Shown: one piece after another, positions 23,770-28,524 of the stretch
How positions within the stretch are numbered: position 1 is the first letter of the stretch
Layout of the letters: each line of letters starts with the position of its first letter
Assembly (NCBI RefSeq): GCF_015207365.1
Contig: NZ_JADEXA010000076.1
Location: 1 to 28,524, forward strand
Direction: 5' to 3'
From: Vacuolonema iberomarrocanum LEGE 07170
GTDB taxonomy: Bacteria > Cyanobacteriota > Cyanobacteriia > Elainellales > Elainellaceae
DNA length: 28,524 nucleotides
The notes under the pieces: model-generated
Seen by the model: only the letters and a program-made list of their open reading frames with translations
What the model was told of the DNA's origin: nothing
Database searches by the model: none
Made by a program: the position numbers and the translations under genes

Positions 23770-24447
23770 AGGAAAACCTTGAAAGACAGGCAAAAGACAG
23801 CGGCAAGAAAAGAATACGGCGCCATGATAAACCTGGGACGCTGCAAACCCATGACCACCCTGTCGGCCATGTGCTGAGATACAGCGACCATGGAAGGGGG
23901 ACTAAGGCGATTTGCAAGCGAAAAGGCATAGAGCGATCGCAGCTTGATCGCTCCACCTGGTTTATTCATAGCGACAACCCAAAATGGATACGGCTAACCA
24001 CAATCCATTTCAAAAGCTGGATGGCAACGCAGATAACAGTTTGGGCAAATGATCAGTTTTATAGCCTGCAAATTTTAGGTGATAATTTCAGGCCGAAAAG
24101 ACAAGCTAAATTCAAGTCACACTGTCCGATTGGCAAGAAAGATAGCATTGATCTCGGGATCTTATTGATAATCTTTCTGGGCTTAGAATAACATTCCTGC
24201 GAATAGTTCGCGAGAAACTTTATGCGGGTTTAATGAATGAAAATCCCTCTTTAAAAGGGGTTCAGAGGATTACTTAAATTCGTTAAGTTCTAAAAACTTG
24301 CGTAACTCTTTTCAAGAGGACAGTTCCAAAAACTTTCTAAATGCAAGTTGGTCTCAAGAAAGAAAGAGAAATCTCTATCCATTGACAATGGGAGAGGCTG
24401 AGTCATTAGCCCAAGGCCTTGTATCAAATCTGGTTAGACCACCATAA

Positions 24448-24509
24448 AACCCAAATCAACTATCGCTTGCACCCACTACAGTGCAGCGGGCGCAAACGAT
24501 AGTTGGGTT
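24448..24509 (-). terminator. imperfect long hairpin about 60 nt downstream of the ycf66-like stop
   Basis: AACCCAA..AACTATCGCTTGCACCCACT / GCAGCGGGCGCAAACGATAGTTGGGTT, followed on the minus strand by TTTAT. It contains several mismatches and a bulge. Confidence 0.35.
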
Positions 24510-24571
24510 CTTCAACCGGGTTTGATATTAGTAGAGGTTTTGGCATGGGGCGATCGCCTCAATCGGCCACC

Positions 24572-26644
24572 TCAATCAGCCCAGTTGCTGTCCTCGTCAT
24601 CCCAGTCATCCCAGGGACTCTTCGACGGGGCATCCGGCTGCTTCCGTGCCGGGGGTTGGAGGGGAAGTTCTCGGCGGGGTGACTCAATGGCGATCGCCTT
24701 CACATCCACCACCACCTGATCTTCGGGAGAAAGGGAGCGATTGGCCGCCGCAACAATTTCATCAATCGTTGGCTCATCCGGCTCAATGGTGGGTTGGATA
24801 GCGGGTTGCTGAATGGCCGTTGCCTCCGTAGGCGGATCCTCCCAGCTACTGTCCCACTCGTCTGACCGGAAGGGAGCCGTTACATTTTCTGGGATTTGTT
24901 GCGGCGTTTGAATCAGAGGGCGCGGTGCATCCTTGGGTTCTTCCCAGTCCTCATCCCAAGGAGTTTCCTGGGACTCCTGGTCAGCAGCTTCAGCATCGCT
25001 GGGAATGTCCGATTCAGTCGCCGACTCAGCGGGCATCGGTACATCTTCCCAGTTATCCACTGCGCTATCGGTCATCTCATCTAATGGCTGGGAGACAGGA
25101 GCTTGTGGCGCGCTATCTGCAACATTTTCATCCACCCAATTGGTTTCAGACTCTGGCTCAGTTCCAGGTTCCGGCAAGGATTCCTCTGCCCTGTCGTCTA
25201 GGATTTTATCGGTAAGCTCTGCATCAGCCGATACGGTTGATTGTGCATTCTCGGATTCATCCCAGGTAGATGTAGGTGCGGGTTCATCCTCATCAGCGCC
25301 AAAGGGCGCTTCGGTTGAAGGTTCAGGTTCAGGGGTCGCCGCATCATCTGCAACGTCATCGGCCCAGCCATCTGCCCAGTTTTGATCCCAGTCCTCTTCC
25401 TCATGTTGTTCAGCGACCGGCGTTTGTGCAGAAATGGATTCAGAGGTAGCAGCAACCCGTCCGTTTTGTGAGGGGAGTTCGGAGGAGGGGGCGATCGCCT
25501 CATCCTCAACCACCGTCTCATCCCCAACGCCTATCTCATCGCCAGCCACTTGCTGCTCAGCAACTGTATGCACCTCCTCAACCGGAGATACCGTTTCGGG
25601 GATTGGCGCTTCTATCGGTGATACGTCTGTCAGATCCGTCGGAGTAACGCTCGGCGATGCTTCGGCTATTTCGGTAGACGTTTCTTCAGCAGGTACGTCT
25701 CCCGTCAAAAGCTGTTCTGGCTCCTCCACCCTGTTAGCCGTTTCTGTCATGGATTCATCCGCAGCTTCAGTAGGCGTTTCCTCTATTGCTTCACCAGCAA
25801 ATTCCTTCGTTGCTTCTGGGGTCGTTTCTGGTTGGGATGCCACAGAAGACGCAACTGGAGACTCTGCGGGAGATGCTGAATGGGGTGGCGGAGTTGTCGC
25901 TTCTGTTGGTGTAGTAGGTGCAACTGGGGCTTTCGCCACAGGCTTCGTTTTCGTACGCTTCGCCGGTTTTGGAGTTGCTTGCTTCGGCTGTTCTGCGTCC
26001 TCATTCGTGGGTTGCTCTGTAGATGTCGCCACGCTCGCTTCCGCCACTTTTTCGGCTGGCCCAGATGATTCCTGCGTTTGGGCGGCTTCTTCCGTTGCTG
26101 TGGCTTTTGCTTGAGCGGCTGCTTTTGCTTTTTCGGCTTTCTTGCGCTCTGCCGGAGTTAGGGGTCTTTCTCCCTGCTCTGCTGATTTGCCGCTTGCCTT
26201 CTTCGTTGGCTTCTGAGCAGGTTTCTGGGCGGCTTCTTCCGATGGCGCTGACCGCAAGCGTTCCCGTAGCGGGGCTGGCAGCGGCAACCGCTCCAACTGT
26301 CCAGATACCTGCGTTCCCCACTGGCTCACCTTGAGGAACATCACCTCACCTGCCGATTTACCCGAATCGGACACCCAGGTTTGCTGGTCATAGGGAGTCA
26401 ACTGCCGCCGCATCACCAGGGTTTGCCAACCCAGCCAGCCTAGCAGGATGACGCTGGCCGTTTGCCCCAGCAGCACACCGCCTGTGATGCGTCCGGCCTG
26501 CACCCACAGCACGAGTGCATAGAAAAAGATGATGCCACTCCAAATGAAATCGTTTTTCCGATGAACCTCAGGGAAAAAGAACGCTGATATATAAAGGACG
26601 AATCCGGCGAATCCAACGAAAACAGCAAGAACTTGGGCTAGCAT
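24572..26644 (-). CDS. Ycf66-like membrane protein with an N-terminal ~80-aa two-helix domain and a ~600-aa disordered acidic, P/E/T/A-rich, Trp-punctuated tail
   Basis: The N-terminus MLAQVLAVFVGFAGFVLYISAFFFPEVHRKNDFIWSGIIFFYALVLWVQAGRITGGVLLGQ resembles the Ycf66 N-terminal domain (from memory, not searched). The rest is low complexity. ATG at 26644. Confidence 0.75.
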   Translation of the reverse strand: MLAQVLAVFVGFAGFVLYISAFFFPEVHRKNDFIWSGIIFFYALVLWVQAGRITGGVLLGQTASVILLGWLGWQTLVMRRQLTPYDQQTWVSDSGKSAGEVMFLKVSQWGTQVSGQLERLPLPAPLRERLRSAPSEEAAQKPAQKPTKKASGKSAEQGERPLTPAERKKAEKAKAAAQAKATATEEAAQTQESSGPAEKVAEASVATSTEQPTNEDAEQPKQATPKPAKRTKTKPVAKAPVAPTTPTEATTPPPHSASPAESPVASSVASQPETTPEATKEFAGEAIEETPTEAADESMTETANRVEEPEQLLTGDVPAEETSTEIAEASPSVTPTDLTDVSPIEAPIPETVSPVEEVHTVAEQQVAGDEIGVGDETVVEDEAIAPSSELPSQNGRVAATSESISAQTPVAEQHEEEDWDQNWADGWADDVADDAATPEPEPSTEAPFGADEDEPAPTSTWDESENAQSTVSADAELTDKILDDRAEESLPEPGTEPESETNWVDENVADSAPQAPVSQPLDEMTDSAVDNWEDVPMPAESATESDIPSDAEAADQESQETPWDEDWEEPKDAPRPLIQTPQQIPENVTAPFRSDEWDSSWEDPPTEATAIQQPAIQPTIEPDEPTIDEIVAAANRSLSPEDQVVVDVKAIAIESPRRELPLQPPARKQPDAPSKSPWDDWDDEDSNWAD

Positions 26645-26846
26645 CTAGTTCCTCCCTATGAGGACGATACTCCCATTTTGCTTGAGATTCTGCCGATTCA
26701 TCAGAGAATTCTCAAATCGCCCGGAGATCGGGGTTAGCAGAGCTGTTCCAACAGAATCGGTCGAATCGGCAATCGGAGTGCTACTATCCTTAGCGAGTTC
26801 TGTTTTCATCATAGATAAGACTCCTTCTTTTTCTACAGACGCCCCT

Positions 26847-28241
26847 ATGAATGCCTCTATGAACGCAGCGTGGCAAAAACTGACCCTGAGAAACGGTGCG
26901 CCCCAGTCCTGGATTCTTTCTAGCTATCTGCATCGATTGGTCGGGCTGCTGGCGAGCTGGCAACAGGGCAGTTTGCTGATGCGGTGGAGCGAAGGATTAG
27001 CGACAACGGTAGCTGCGATTCTCTTTTTCCTTGCGCCCTTTGTCTCCACGACGCTGATTGGCATTTTGATGATGGCCTGTGGTGCCTTCTGGGTGCTGCT
27101 AACCCTGTCTGATGAGGGCAGACCCGGCATCACACCGATGCACTTGGCCGTGTTTGTGTACTTGGCGATCGCCGTCCTGGCAACAGCGCTCTCTCCTGTA
27201 AAAATAGCGGCGCTCGATGGCTTGATTATCCTGACGCTGAACATCGTCGTGTTCTTGTTGCTGGCACGGGTGTTGCGATCGCCCACCCTCCGCTCTACCC
27301 TGATCACCGTTTACCTAATGACGACGGCGATCGTCAGCACCATGGGAATGCGACAGTGGTTCTTTGGAGCCGATGCCCTCGCCACCTGGGTGGATGTGGA
27401 TTCCAACCTAGCGGGAACAACGCGGGTGTATAGCAGCCTGGGCAACCCCAACCTGCTGGCAGGCTACCTGATTGCCGCCTGCATGCTAAGTGCTGCCGCC
27501 GTTTTTGCCTGGAAACGCTGGCTACCCAAAGCCCTGGCAGTTGTCCTGGTCTTGCTCAACTCCGCTTGTCTGGTGCTGACCTTCAGCCGGGGGGGTTGGA
27601 TTGGTTATGTCGGGGGTGGGTTCGTCTTTTTGTTGCTGCTAGTTCACTGGTTTAGCAAATACTTGCCACGCCTTTGGCGCAGACTGGCCATTCCCTTTGT
27701 GTTGGGCGTTTCCGCCGCCTTTGTCGTAGCGGCGGTGGTCGCGGTCGATCCCCTGCGCGATCGCGTCCTCAGCATCTTTGCCGGACGGGAAGACAGCAGC
27801 AACAACTTTCGACTCAATGTTTGGGCAGCGGTACGCGAAATGATTGCGGCTCACCCTATCCTTGGCATTGGCCCCGGCAACGAAGCCTTCAATCAAATCT
27901 ATCCCCGCTTCCAGCGCACGGGTTTCACGGCTCTCAGCGCCTATTCCGTTATCCTGGAAGTTCTTGTAGAAACAGGCATCATCGGCTTCATGGCCTTCCT
28001 ATGGCTGCTCACCATCACCCTCTCTCTGGGCTGGCGACGGATTCAGGAAATGCGGCAAGCGGGCGATCGCGAAGGCTTCTGGCTGCTGGGCGCACTGGCT
28101 AGCATGATGGGAATGCTGACCCACGGACTGGTGGATACGGTGTGGTATCGCCCCCAAATCAGTACTCTCTGGTGGCTGATGCTGGCGATCGTTGCCAGTT
28201 ACTATCTGTTCCCAAGCCGTTCCGAACGCGACAGTCAATAG
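26847..28241 (+). CDS. ictB: IctB-family protein (O-antigen-ligase-like polytopic membrane protein, formerly called a putative bicarbonate transporter)
   Basis: The N-terminus ..WQKLTLRNGAPQSWILSSYLHRLVGLLASWQQGSLLMRWSE.. matches my recollection of Synechococcus IctB. A Wzy_C-like segment LTFSRGGWIG is present. The ORF track starts at 26658, but ATGs at 26847 or 26859 give the expected N-terminus. Confidence 0.8.
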   Translation: MNASMNAAWQKLTLRNGAPQSWILSSYLHRLVGLLASWQQGSLLMRWSEGLATTVAAILFFLAPFVSTTLIGILMMACGAFWVLLTLSDEGRPGITPMHLAVFVYLAIAVLATALSPVKIAALDGLIILTLNIVVFLLLARVLRSPTLRSTLITVYLMTTAIVSTMGMRQWFFGADALATWVDVDSNLAGTTRVYSSLGNPNLLAGYLIAACMLSAAAVFAWKRWLPKALAVVLVLLNSACLVLTFSRGGWIGYVGGGFVFLLLLVHWFSKYLPRLWRRLAIPFVLGVSAAFVVAAVVAVDPLRDRVLSIFAGREDSSNNFRLNVWAAVREMIAAHPILGIGPGNEAFNQIYPRFQRTGFTALSAYSVILEVLVETGIIGFMAFLWLLTITLSLGWRRIQEMRQAGDREGFWLLGALASMMGMLTHGLVDTVWYRPQISTLWWLMLAIVASYYLFPSRSERDSQ

Positions 28242-28272
28242 GATTTATACCAATTCTCCAAGAACCCACTAC

Positions 28273-28321
28273 AGCTCATTGTTTGAGACCCTCGCGCTGC
28301 GAGGGTCTCAAACAATGAGCT
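28273..28321 (+). terminator. perfect 23-bp stem-loop 32 nt after the ictB stop, same family as 5777..5821
   Basis: AGCTCATTGTTTGAGACCCTCGC-gct-GCGAGGGTCTCAAACAATGAGCT, followed by GGTTTTGGTTTTC. Confidence 0.65.
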
Positions 28322-28407
28322 GGTTTTGGTTTTCATAGAATTATAGCGGTGTGCAACCGCATTAAGCACAGCAACGGTTGTGTGGGGCGCGCCGCGCCCG
28401 TATTTGT

Positions 28408-28524
28408 TTAGCGGGAATCGTCTGGGGAGAGAGGGGGTAAGGTCATGGCCTCAGCCACCCAATCAATAAAGGAAACACCTTGCTGCTGAGCGGTGGCGGC
28501 CAAGGAGGTCAAAATCTCCCAGGT
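28408..28524 (-). CDS. 3' end of an unidentified gene running into the window from the right edge
   Basis: The minus-strand frame is open from the window edge: TWEILTSLAATAQQQGVSFIDWVAEAMTLPPLSPDDSR*, with stop TAA at 28408-28410. Only 38 codons are visible. Confidence 0.35.
   Translation of the reverse strand, partial: TWEILTSLAATAQQQGVSFIDWVAEAMTLPPLSPDDSR

Noticed and set aside
23871-24191. 106-aa plus-strand ORF, and the 23661..23969 minus-strand ORF, upstream of the feo operon
   Set aside because: No motifs, a poor start context and an AT-rich regulatory-looking region. They are treated as non-coding.
24933-26114. Plus-strand ORFs of 150 and 226 aa (Ser/Ala/Gly/Val-rich) opposite the ycf66-like gene
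   Set aside because: They are the mirror image of the low-complexity acidic coding strand. They have no start context or motifs. The minus-strand ORF has a recognisable membrane N-terminus and spans the whole region.
26754-26776. Three closely spaced (G)AATCGG repeats in the ycf66-like / ictB divergent promoter
   Set aside because: The repeats are only 6-7 nt long and occur three times. That is too short to separate from chance without comparative data, so I did not call a regulatory site.
26658-26846. N-terminal 63-codon extension of the ictB ORF (ORF-track start at 26658)
   Set aside because: The extension starts 14 nt from the divergent ycf66-like ATG, leaving no promoter space, and does not resemble the IctB N-terminus. 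The ATGs at 26847 or 26859 give the expected ..WQKLTL.. start.

Overview
This is a cyanobacterial chromosomal window. The HIP1 octamer GCGATCGC occurs roughly 40-50 times by eye, and the gene content fits (ictB, a ycf66-like gene, rbp-rpsU, ACT-domain malic enzyme). I support about 27 protein genes and find no rRNA, tRNA or CRISPR array. Most genes are ordinary: a 5'-truncated alpha-oxoamine synthase with HAD and GNAT genes, a type IV pilin, malic enzyme, an RRM protein plus S21, a pentapeptide protein, a TM2 protein, a 2OG-Fe(II) oxygenase, hisA, a SET-domain protein, a PrsW protease, a dipeptide epimerase, a feoA-feoA-feoB-[insert]-feoC operon, a Ycf66-like protein with a long acidic tail, and IctB. 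The stand-out region is 13.2-18.7 kb, an island of about 5 kb with no HIP1 copy. It carries a small coiled-coil ORF tightly linked to an NB-ARC/TPR STAND NTPase that has no effector domain. The STAND coding sequence switches abruptly from host-like GC-rich to AT-rich composition about 480 nt into the gene. The island ends in three ~205-bp tandem units of REPIN-like inverted REP hairpins (GTAG-prefixed) that abut a single IS200-like Y1 (RAYT-type) transposase gene. Other structures not explained by ordinary annotation: (1) a 512-bp cassette with 24-bp inverted repeats, carrying a GxxExxY (PD-(D/E)xK-like) gene, that fills the feoB-feoC spacer exactly; (2) a 111-bp MITE with 18-bp TIRs and a perfect 9-bp target-site duplication; (3) two copies of a palindromic element that differ by compensatory changes, each just 3' of a gene; (4) several other long perfect hairpins; (5) a C9 homopolymer 5 nt upstream of the pilin ATG. 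All family calls come from reading motifs in the translations; no searches or computations were run.
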